The notes beneath the pieces were generated by a model. It was not told the origin of the DNA. It did not search any database and was given only the letters and a program-made list of their open reading frames with translations. Positions 48,705 to 56,834 of a DNA stretch of 64,000 nucleotides are shown piece by piece. How positions within the stretch are numbered: the first letter of the stretch is position 1; the number at the start of each line of letters is the position of its first letter. The position numbers were made by a program, and so were the translations under genes. This DNA is from a virus. Taxonomy: Duplodnaviria; Caudoviricetes. Where the stretch lies: positions 1-64,000 of the IMG/VR virus record IMGVR_UViG_3300027838_000002; one strand, 5' to 3'.

Positions 48705-49766
48705 TTATGCGTCTGTGAAATGAAATGCTCGACCAGTCTTCTTGCTGTAATCGAGTGGCTTACGTGTACTTGACGACAGACCCGCCGCAGGGATCACTTC
48801 TGCTGCTGCGTGTATTCTCTGTCTCGTAGCAACCTGTTGTGCGTATTCACGCAGATCCGGATGCGCTAACAGCAATTCCGGTGACCGTCGCAGCGTGTAC
48901 TGCAATGAGCGTATAGCGCGCGTCCGGCGGTTTGCCTGCCGTTGATTTTGTCGCACATCGTACTCTGATAGCAACTTCGTCAGGACCACGTCACGACCAA
49001 GTTTAAAGTCATGGCGAACGTATGACATCGAACTTATTGGTCGTTTCCGCTTGTCTGCCGGGATGATGAATCCCGAATTTCTTAGAGTTCCGTCGGCAGT
49101 TCGCGGGAGCCCTAGTAGATCCATGTGCTCCAGGTTACTCCCATCCCCCCGAACCCACGGAAAGTGGTAATGGTATTTGATGTTCGGAACCCACTTGTCT
49201 GGGCTCTTTATCCAGAACTTATCATTGATCGTTATTTGCACACTGCCATATTTGGACCATATGTAGTGCACGGGAGTGAAGTTGTAGACGCAACTACGTG
49301 TACCGTTTTCCCCGTAAGCACACACTCTTTTAGAAATCACACAAGAGCCGTCAGGACGCCAGACAACGAGAGGTACTGGCGTCCGCGCGCTCGGCGCATA
49401 GGAGATCTCAAAGCGATCTCGCGGCACTTCTTCATCTGTCACGTAGTTGTCATCTATGTCTGACACACCAAGCAAGGCGGGAAGCTTATAGATGTACGTG
49501 TTACAGGGCCACTGATACCACCAGTTACTGGCGAGCCAATCTTTACTATGACCTCTGCAGCGCCATGATGACCGTGGCAACTTAATAGGGTACCCGGCGC
49601 CACAGCGCATGTGCTTGCGAGTCTCGGAAAGAGACGCTGGGCGGTCGATGCACATCAACATGGTGTCGCCGCGCGGACCGATGCGCTGATTTCGAACTGC
49701 CGCTACTGAGTTGTCGTAGATCCTTTTGATGGCAGCGTAGTTCACTTTTGCTTTAGCATTATACAT
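48705..49766 (-). CDS. hypothetical protein (paralog of 47396)
   Basis: VVWRPDGSCVIS, PADKRKRP. Confidence 0.7.
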   Translation of the reverse strand: MYNAKAKVNYAAIKRIYDNSVAAVRNQRIGPRGDTMLMCIDRPASLSETRKHMRCGAGYPIKLPRSSWRCRGHSKDWLASNWWYQWPCNTYIYKLPALLGVSDIDDNYVTDEEVPRDRFEISYAPSARTPVPLVVWRPDGSCVISKRVCAYGENGTRSCVYNFTPVHYIWSKYGSVQITINDKFWIKSPDKWVPNIKYHYHFPWVRGDGSNLEHMDLLGLPRTADGTLRNSGFIIPADKRKRPISSMSYVRHDFKLGRDVVLTKLLSEYDVRQNQRQANRRTRAIRSLQYTLRRSPELLLAHPDLREYAQQVATRQRIHAAAEVIPAAGLSSSTRKPLDYSKKTGRAFHFTDA

Positions 49767-49849
49767 GCGTCACGACCCCATGAAAGCAACCCGCCGTACC
49801 CACAAGGGCACGGCGGGTTGTGAATCTGCATCTGACAATGTAACCCAGC

Positions 49850-50845
49850 TTACGCTTTTTTACGGCTGTGAAAACTGCAAGTCTCATCCAGGATACGTTG
49901 TACGGCTTCGGCCCTACTGTATCCGGAACTTGCTTCCTTGCTGTTGGAAGCTTTGATATGCAATCCTTCCGCCGTCAACTTTTTCGCAGTAACAGCCTCG
50001 ACGATACGATCACGTCTGATAAGTCTCCGCGCGGCCATATACCCTTCCAGCCAGCCTGCCGGACGCCGTTCGTTGTACCGCGTGAACTTGATAAAGCGAT
50101 GCAGTCCGCCAATCACGTCTTCACGTACCGCATCATCTTCACCCTCCCACATGTCATGGATCATTGAAAGTACGGTAATGATGAGCTCAGAGCCGCCGTC
50201 CTTGTACAGCCGCTCCAGCCGACTCAGTGCGCGGACATACGGCCACTTACCAGTAACACCGGGCTCCAGCGGGATATCAAACCCGGCAGCACACACGGCA
50301 CTGTAAATGTCGACCGCAAACTGATTATCAGCCTTCAGGGCTGAGCGAAAGATTTCAATCTTGGTAAGACGTGTCTTACGTGCGTTCAACTGGTGGAACA
50401 GGTTTGCCTCGAACTTTGCGCCGGTAGACGCAACGATTTCGACGTTTACCTTTGTCACGCCCAGTCGTAAGGCGGCCTCGATGCGCTGCTGCCCATCGAT
50501 AATGTAAAGCCCTCCACTTTGTCGCTTACCTACGACAGGCGTGCTGAAGGCGTCCCAGTTGAAGTAGTCGATGATCTGAGCAACCTGGCGCTCAACGAGC
50601 TTACGCTGGTAGGAGTAATCAACCTGCAAATCAGTGACGGTAATGCACTGGTACCGGCCCTTGTGACTGGGTTGTGCACTGACGCTGTTGATGTTTTCTA
50701 CTTTCAGCTTAGTTGCTGCCCGTTTGTCCAGGCGATGCTCAGCCGGACTGAGCATCGCGTCATCCGTGCGCCGTAGCGCCCGCACGGCTTTCTTCTCTGG
50801 CTGTACCTGCACCCGCTGACGAAGTTTCTGTTTGCGCCGACTCAT
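49850..50845 (-). CDS. ParB/DGQHR-like (DUF6551-like) protein
   Basis: LQVDYSYQR..IIDGQQRIEAA..EANLFHQLN. Confidence 0.8.
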   Translation of the reverse strand: MSRRKQKLRQRVQVQPEKKAVRALRRTDDAMLSPAEHRLDKRAATKLKVENINSVSAQPSHKGRYQCITVTDLQVDYSYQRKLVERQVAQIIDYFNWDAFSTPVVGKRQSGGLYIIDGQQRIEAALRLGVTKVNVEIVASTGAKFEANLFHQLNARKTRLTKIEIFRSALKADNQFAVDIYSAVCAAGFDIPLEPGVTGKWPYVRALSRLERLYKDGGSELIITVLSMIHDMWEGEDDAVREDVIGGLHRFIKFTRYNERRPAGWLEGYMAARRLIRRDRIVEAVTAKKLTAEGLHIKASNSKEASSGYSRAEAVQRILDETCSFHSRKKA

Positions 50846-51518
50846 CTAACTGCTCCTCGAATTCTGCCAAGAACTGTTGCACATCTTTCCATACGATATG
50901 CGCCTGTTTTGTAGTAGTCACCATCCGCATCGCAGATGAAAATTCAAACGTAGCCGAGTCAAGTACCGTAGACAGTCGACCTATTGGATGATTGTGTGTC
51001 AATTCTGCGGCTACAGCAGAAGTGTAAATAGTTAACTCCCGTGCGTGCTCGGACCTCGGTACAAACGAGCCACTTGCGTGGTAGTGGCCTTCATTACTTT
51101 CCACGGCTAATAGCTCATCCAGAGATGCATACAAGTCATTACCATCAGAACGCAAAACCTGCAGACTTTTTTCGCGTGCTTCGTAGAGACCTTGCTTTTT
51201 CTCGCGCTCACCGTCGATCTCGCTGTTCAGGGATTTGCATAACTTATCAATAGAGTCACGCATCCACGCACAACGATCTTCGAGCTTGGCGCACTCACTC
51301 TCGTATTCCTTTTTTTGCGCTTGCCATGTCAGTCCCAGCTCTTCCATCTGTTGCAATACGGACGTGACCCCCAGCCGTTCGTGCGCCTCGACGGTGGCTT
51401 CCTTTTTCAAGGAATTTATCAGCCCGGGTTCTGCAGATAGCAGCCGCGACCTAAGTACTTCGACCTGCTCGGTTATCTTGTATAGCCATTCACTCTTTTC
51501 TGCTTGTGTCAGCGCCAT
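50760..51518 (-). CDS. coiled-coil hypothetical protein
   Basis: GGAGG SD, heptad-rich. Confidence 0.65.
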   Translation of the reverse strand: MALTQAEKSEWLYKITEQVEVLRSRLLSAEPGLINSLKKEATVEAHERLGVTSVLQQMEELGLTWQAQKKEYESECAKLEDRCAWMRDSIDKLCKSLNSEIDGEREKKQGLYEAREKSLQVLRSDGNDLYASLDELLAVESNEGHYHASGSFVPRSEHARELTIYTSAVAAELTHNHPIGRLSTVLDSATFEFSSAMRMVTTTKQAHIVWKDVQQFLAEFEEQLDESAQTETSSAGAGTAREESRAGATAHG

Positions 51519-51527
51519 TTTTGCGCG

Positions 51528-52223
51528 CTAACCTCCTGATGGGTTCAAGTTATAGATTGACACCGCGGGGTGTTCGTCTTCGGCATCGGGTAAGAAGTCC
51601 TCCAATACCAGGTCATTTAACGCGATGCGCGCTTTGCCTGCCATCTGGTCAGCTCCCCAGTTGAGTTCAACGGTGAGCCTTTCAATCCAGTGGTAGTGGA
51701 AAACAAAACCCTGTCGAGACAGGGCTTTCATGGACATCCACAGTGCACGGTTGGCAACAGATTCATTGCTCGCCAATTCCACCGCTGTCCCCTGGTTTGC
51801 TATCACACGACTGTCTGTTACGACGTGTACGTTTAGTGGGCGCTTTTTAGTACCATCTTTCGCAATCTGTCCGCTGTACCAAAGCATGGCATGCACGTAC
51901 GCCATGAGTTCGCCAACATTCACCGTACCGGAGTTCATCGCGCCATACAGCATCTTCCGTGAGCGCGATAAACGATCAATGAGAATACATGACCATCCGC
52001 AACCAATCCCCCAACCGTGCCCGGAACCATCACCAAATAACAGCACATCCCAGTCCCTGATGTTCAACTGATCAAGGACTACACTGAGTGGCGTTCTTTC
52101 AGGTTTCCGGTTCTTCTTCTGTCGTTTGCGGGATCGTTGCAGCAAGCTCTTCGAGAGTTGTGATTTTTCTCCCGAGGTCTTCGATGATCTTTTCTTTTTC
52201 CGTGATAGTTTCTTGGCGCTCAT
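51528..52223 (-). CDS. RNase HI-like protein (start uncertain)
   Basis: FGDGSG, VGELMA, VVTDS, NWGADQMA catalytic DEDD. Confidence 0.85.
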   Translation of the reverse strand: MSAKKLSRKKKRSSKTSGEKSQLSKSLLQRSRKRQKKNRKPERTPLSVVLDQLNIRDWDVLLFGDGSGHGWGIGCGWSCILIDRLSRSRKMLYGAMNSGTVNVGELMAYVHAMLWYSGQIAKDGTKKRPLNVHVVTDSRVIANQGTAVELASNESVANRALWMSMKALSRQGFVFHYHWIERLTVELNWGADQMAGKARIALNDLVLEDFLPDAEDEHPAVSIYNLNPSGG

Positions 52224-52569
52224 TAATGACCTTTGCTTGCTGATCAGCGGTTTCCCCTGCGGCGAAGAGTAATTCATGAAACTTGCTTGTTTGATACTCT
52301 AACGCTCGCACCATTCGATCTGTCACCAACAATATGTGGTGTGGTGACATGCCAACACCTTCTCGTGTTATGTATATTGCTGGCACCAATTCCTGCTGCG
52401 GTACGCTCCACGCAGGTACGACCGTCAGTACTTCCAATTCAGGCACGTCCTGAACTAGCTCACTGGCAAACTCGAACACGCGCCGAATGACTTCCTGGTC
52501 AAATCGTTCACGTTGTGCTGGAGACTCGTCCTTGGTAGTCTGTTGTTCTTCCGGCGTTTCTTCAGGCAT
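52099..52569 (-). CDS. hypothetical protein
   Basis: AGGAG SD. Confidence 0.65.
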   Translation of the reverse strand: MPEETPEEQQTTKDESPAQRERFDQEVIRRVFEFASELVQDVPELEVLTVVPAWSVPQQELVPAIYITREGVGMSPHHILLVTDRMVRALEYQTSKFHELLFAAGETADQQAKVINERQETITEKEKIIEDLGRKITTLEELAATIPQTTEEEPET

Positions 52570-52578
52570 ATTGCTCTC

Positions 52579-52896
52579 CTAGTATCTGAGATTTGCTGGG
52601 AGCACGGCATTCAGGACAGTCGATACCCTGAGTGCGGCGAGTCCGTAGATCGGGAGTTTTACGATATCGTCCCACGGACCCGGTAGGAAGCATGAAATCA
52701 GCAAAAGTAGGCAAAGCATCCACGCAACATGGTGCGACAAGCAGAACGGGCAATTGAACAGCTCAGCAAGCTTACTGCCCTGCTCTTCCTTGACTTCCAA
52801 ATATGCGCGCGTGCTGGCAAAAACGCTACCATTGAACCAGGTGTCACAAACCTGGCCAATGGACAGCGCAAGGCAGATCAGATCGAGAATTGACAC
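52579..52896 (-). CDS. DUF1360-like membrane protein
   Basis: ELFNCPFCLSHHVA between TM segments. Confidence 0.6.
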   Translation of the reverse strand: MSILDLICLALSIGQVCDTWFNGSVFASTRAYLEVKEEQGSKLAELFNCPFCLSHHVAWMLCLLLLISCFLPGPWDDIVKLPIYGLAALRVSTVLNAVLPANLRY

Positions 52897-52905
52897 GGCT
52901 ACCGC

Positions 52906-53112
52906 CTATTTGTGTCTCGATTGTTTGTATTCGTCATACGTGGCCATCGTGCGTTCACCGTTACCTTCTGCCCGATTATGCAACTTCAACAGAAGCCACA
53001 ACACAAGTACAATTGCAAAGACTGGCATCCCACTTCCACCTACCAGCATAAACCCGCCAACAACAAACCACACTGCTACCACCCAAAAACTGTTCAACTC
53101 AACTACCTCCAC
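52906..53112 (-). CDS. small membrane protein
   Basis: two TM segments, GGAGG SD. Confidence 0.55.
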   Translation of the reverse strand: MEVVELNSFWVVAVWFVVGGFMLVGGSGMPVFAIVLVLWLLLKLHNRAEGNGERTMATYDEYKQSRHK

Positions 53113-53308
53113 CCTCCTCGAACCAGGGGTCTGTTACTTGGTTAGTATCAGGCCCCGTCGTGTTGGTTAGCTCTGGAGGAAAACTTGTCGGATACGTGTG
53201 AATACGGTTACCGGACTCGTTGTACTCGGACGTTGGACCACGGCGAGTGTCCACGAGTCGTTTACGCTCACGGTACAGTCGAGCGCTTTTGCCGATATTG
53301 ACTGGCAT
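53099..53308 (-). CDS. hypothetical protein
   Basis: AAGG SD. Confidence 0.5.
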   Translation of the reverse strand: MPVNIGKSARLYRERKRLVDTRRGPTSEYNESGNRIHTYPTSFPPELTNTTGPDTNQVTDPWFEEGGGS

Positions 53309-53369
53309 GTTAAACCTTTCTACGGTTCAAAGAGGAGGATGCCGCGCACCCTTTAGTAGCGGCATATTA

Positions 53370-53621
53370 TCAATAATCCTCTTCGATTGTAACAATTTCC
53401 CGTACGATGGTCGTCCGACGTCGCTTAGGTTGTTGCGACCTAAGCTGCTGTCGATTTCGCGAGCGTCCCTGCTTCGCAAGTGGTTCCGACTTCTTACGTG
53501 AAAGTGCCTTGAACGGTGTCGTAACAACATCAACCGCCCAACTTGCTAAGAACTCGATTCCGTCTTCCAATCCCTGTAAATCTGACGGGCCCTCATTCTT
53601 GTAACGGGACAGATCGGACAT
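53370..53621 (-). CDS. hypothetical basic protein
   Basis: MSDLSRY with GAGGAGG SD. Confidence 0.55.
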   Translation of the reverse strand: MSDLSRYKNEGPSDLQGLEDGIEFLASWAVDVVTTPFKALSRKKSEPLAKQGRSRNRQQLRSQQPKRRRTTIVREIVTIEEDY

Positions 53622-55494
53622 GGTAACGTCCTCCTCTGCTTCACGGAACGTAGCCGACATCGTAGCATCGTTCCAAAATGATGTAACTGGAGCGCAAGAT
53701 CTCGGTCTACTGGAGCGCGTAGTTGGACTACGCTCCATGGCCGATCTCCGATGTCTACCCTCCATCGTCCCAATTTTGCCGCTACTGCTTAATCTGAAGG
53801 GAAAGCCGTATACTTTAGAGCAGCACTTCCCATTTAAGCAGTTGTTCCGGAACCACCAACCTCGGCGGGTGGTACTCAAAACGGGACGTCAGGTATCAAA
53901 ATCAACGAGCCTGGCAGCGCATGGAGTCGTCGTGTCGAATATGCACGACCACTTCTCCACGCTGTACATTACGCCATTGTACGAGCAGATTCGTCGATTC
54001 TCCAACAACTACGTACGACCATTTGTCGATGAAAGTCCGGTGAAAAATTCGTGGCTGGAGGGCGCGGGATCTGAGCAGTCTGTGCTCCAGCGCAGCTTCA
54101 AGAATAGATCCAGAATGATCTTCTCGTTCGCGCTACTAGACGCCGACCGCATACGTGGTATCCAGGCAGACAAGGTAGCGATTGACGAAGTGCAGGACAT
54201 GGACCCTGCGCACATCCCAATTATTCATGAAACCATGTCGGCATCTCCGCATGACCTTGCCCAATACACAGGAACCCCGAAGACATTGGACAACGCTATC
54301 GAAGGGCTGTGGCAGCAAAGTAGCCAAGCCGAATGGTTTATGCGCTGCAATAGCTGTAACACGTGGAATATTCCTTCGATGGATTACCACGTGGACAAAA
54401 TGATCGGGCCAGTCCGCGAAGACATCAGCGCCGATAATCCCGCGGTGGTGTGCTACTCTTGCCAAAAATCCCTCCACCCCAGGCAAGGACGATGGGTGCA
54501 TCGCTACCCTGACAAGCGGTGGGATTTTGCAGGGTACCATGTGCCTCAGATCATAATGCCGCTTCACTATTCCAATGCCGACAAATGGTCAACTCTGCTC
54601 GGTAAGCGTGACGGCTGGGGCAGCACGTCACCAAATATCTTCTACAACGAAGTACTGGGTGAAAGCTACGATGTTGGCCAGAAACTGGTCAGTCTATCGG
54701 AGCTCAAAAAAGCTGCATCGTTGCCGTGGAAAAACAATCCGGATGAGCCCGATCCGCAGGCACTTAGCTCGGCGAAGCAGTATGCAAACCTGGTGCTGGC
54801 AATTGACTGGGGCGGTGGTGGAATAGAGGGTGTCAGCTTCACTACTATCGCCGTGCTGGGATGGTCAAGTGGGAAGATTGACTGCCTATGGGGTAAGCGA
54901 CTACTGACTCCGCATGATCACGTCGGCGAAGCAATGGAGTGCCTCAAGTGGTTCAAGACGTTCGGTTGTCAATACATCGCTCATGACTACACAGGTGCTG
55001 GCACCGTACGTGAGACGATCATGGTGCAACAGGGTTTCCCTATCAGTCGCCTGCTGCCAATATCCTACGTGCGCGCCGCCACACATGCGCCCATGTATCA
55101 CGTACCAGCAACAGTGTTACACCCTCGGGATCATTACCGGGTAGACAAGACCCGAACGCTCCTGTACACCACCACGTCTATCAAGCTGGGCCATATACGA
55201 TTCTTCCAGTACGACCACGAAAACGTCGATAATCCTGGCCTACTCCACGACTTCCTGGCCCTGGTGGAAACGAAGACCGCATCACGGCAAGCCAGTGACA
55301 TCTACACGATCACCAGGGCTGCCGGTGTATCCGATGACTTCGCGCAGGCTATGAACATCGGATGTGCTTCGCTTTGGCACGTCACTCAATCCTGGCCAAA
55401 GTTTGCAGGGGCAGCGCCGCTCACATCAGCTCAGGTTGAGGCGGCAACAGACAGGCGAGAGGATGTGATGGGCGGCTACGGGGCTATTCCATAA
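53620..55494 (+). CDS. terL: terminase large subunit (GpA-like)
   Basis: KTGRQVSKST Walker A, RIRG..AIDEVQD Walker B, TGTPKT, CNSC/CYSC, nuclease AIDWGGG and DDFAQA. Confidence 0.9.
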   Translation: MVTSSSASRNVADIVASFQNDVTGAQDLGLLERVVGLRSMADLRCLPSIVPILPLLLNLKGKPYTLEQHFPFKQLFRNHQPRRVVLKTGRQVSKSTSLAAHGVVVSNMHDHFSTLYITPLYEQIRRFSNNYVRPFVDESPVKNSWLEGAGSEQSVLQRSFKNRSRMIFSFALLDADRIRGIQADKVAIDEVQDMDPAHIPIIHETMSASPHDLAQYTGTPKTLDNAIEGLWQQSSQAEWFMRCNSCNTWNIPSMDYHVDKMIGPVREDISADNPAVVCYSCQKSLHPRQGRWVHRYPDKRWDFAGYHVPQIIMPLHYSNADKWSTLLGKRDGWGSTSPNIFYNEVLGESYDVGQKLVSLSELKKAASLPWKNNPDEPDPQALSSAKQYANLVLAIDWGGGGIEGVSFTTIAVLGWSSGKIDCLWGKRLLTPHDHVGEAMECLKWFKTFGCQYIAHDYTGAGTVRETIMVQQGFPISRLLPISYVRAATHAPMYHVPATVLHPRDHYRVDKTRTLLYTTTSIKLGHIRFFQYDHENVDNPGLLHDFLALVETKTASRQASDIYTITRAAGVSDDFAQAMNIGCASLWHVTQSWPKFAGAAPLTSAQVEAATDRREDVMGGYGAIP

Positions 55495-55495
55495 A

Positions 55496-55718
55496 ACACG
55501 CGCGGTAGTTGGTACTCGCGAGGAGTTTGGTTACACACCAATATCATGGTACTCACTCAGAACTTGGTTGCACGCAGCTAGCATGGTACTCGCCTCTGCC
55601 GTGGTTGCACGTGCTTCTTTTGGCACTCTCCCCGCACCTGGTTGCACATTCCCCTATTGGTACTCTTCTCGAACCTGGTTGCACGCACGCAGATTGGTAC
55701 TCGCTCGTGGTTTGGTTA
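55496..55718 (-). ncRNA. TIGR-like array 3 (6 units)
   Basis: 37-nt period; abuts terL stop convergently. Confidence 0.9.
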
Positions 55719-55814
55719 CTGCTTCCTGCGCCCGTACCTACAGATGATCAGCGTCGTTATCACGACACAGGCACAGATGAGCAGGGTCTTCAGGACTTCA
55801 GGTGAAACACACAT
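55716..55814 (-). CDS. 32-aa single-pass membrane peptide inside the array
   Basis: MCVSPEVLKTLLICACVVITTLIICRYGRRKQ; its TAA is part of edge repeat TAACCA. Confidence 0.5.
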   Translation of the reverse strand: MCVSPEVLKTLLICACVVITTLIICRYGRRKQ

Positions 55815-55955
55815 CTACTATGGTACTCGCAAGTTTTGTGGTTGCACGCATCGATCGTGGTACTCGCGTCGATGGTGGTTGCACGCGCTTCTTTTGGTAC
55901 TCGCGCGACGCCTGGTTGCACGCGATACGCATGGTACTCGCTCGATCAATGGTTA
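55807..55955 (-). ncRNA. TIGR-like array 4 (4 units)
   Basis: 37-nt period; starts at TAA of 55953 ORF. Confidence 0.9.
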
Positions 55956-56570
55956 TTGACACCATTCGGAATCCCAGATCATCTCCACATTCTCACCGTG
56001 CAGGATTCCAGTGGGTGAGATGTACGGGCGCCCCAGCCCGATCAGGTCTTCGTACGAGACCTTGAGCCGCTTCTCGGGGTCGCTGGCTACCACTAGTTCC
56101 GAGCAATACAGCGCTTTCACGCCCAGCTCGAACTTGTTGTCGTAGTCCAGGCCCTCAAACGTCAGGCAGGTTTCGACGACCTTCTTGACATACTCGCCAT
56201 CCCAGTCCGTACAGCGCAGGATGACAACCCTGTCTGCCTCGTGGCAGATGTCGTAGAACTCGGACTTCTTGTAGCCGACGCGTGTCATTTCGGCAACTTC
56301 GAAGCCGCGCTCTGGTGACTTGCTGAGGCACAGCGCAGCGTGAGGCAGTTCCCCCGGGATGATGAAGCTGGTGAGCTTCCAGTTGTCCTTGGTCAGGAGA
56401 ATGTCACCTACGCGCAGCAGCTCAAAGCCTTCCCGGTACGTGAAGCCGCGGATGGCGCTGTAGTACGTGTTGAAACGCACGTACGGGATCTTGTCGAGGA
56501 TCCAGTTGTAGAGCCATGTTTCCATGGCCCAGAAGGCAAATCGTGACCAGAGGCTACGTAAGAGTTGCAT
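55953..56570 (-). CDS. permuted papain-like NlpC/P60 (YiiX/YebB-like) hydrolase
   Basis: LRVGDILL..IPGELPHAAL..GLDYD..LYCSELV (His before Cys). Confidence 0.85.
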   Translation of the reverse strand: MQLLRSLWSRFAFWAMETWLYNWILDKIPYVRFNTYYSAIRGFTYREGFELLRVGDILLTKDNWKLTSFIIPGELPHAALCLSKSPERGFEVAEMTRVGYKKSEFYDICHEADRVVILRCTDWDGEYVKKVVETCLTFEGLDYDNKFELGVKALYCSELVVASDPEKRLKVSYEDLIGLGRPYISPTGILHGENVEMIWDSEWCQ

Positions 56571-56574
56571 AGAT

Positions 56575-56834
56575 TCACGCTGCTATTGTGGTACTCGCTG
56601 ATATCATGGTTGCACGCATTTCTATTGGTGCTCGCCCAGGCACTGGTTGCACGCTTGTTTTTTGGTACTCGCGCGGGTCCAGGTTGCGCGCCGTCTTCAT
56701 GGTACTCGCTGCTGGATTGGTTGCACGCTGTGATCGTGGTACACGCGGGTCTGTTGGTTGCACTCTGGGACCGTGGTACTCGCGCCGAGTTTGGTTGCAC
56801 GCAGATATGTTGGTACTCACCAATACTATGGTTA
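56575..56834 (-). ncRNA. TIGR-like array 5 (7 units)
   Basis: 37-nt period; starts at TAA of 56832 ORF. Confidence 0.9.
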
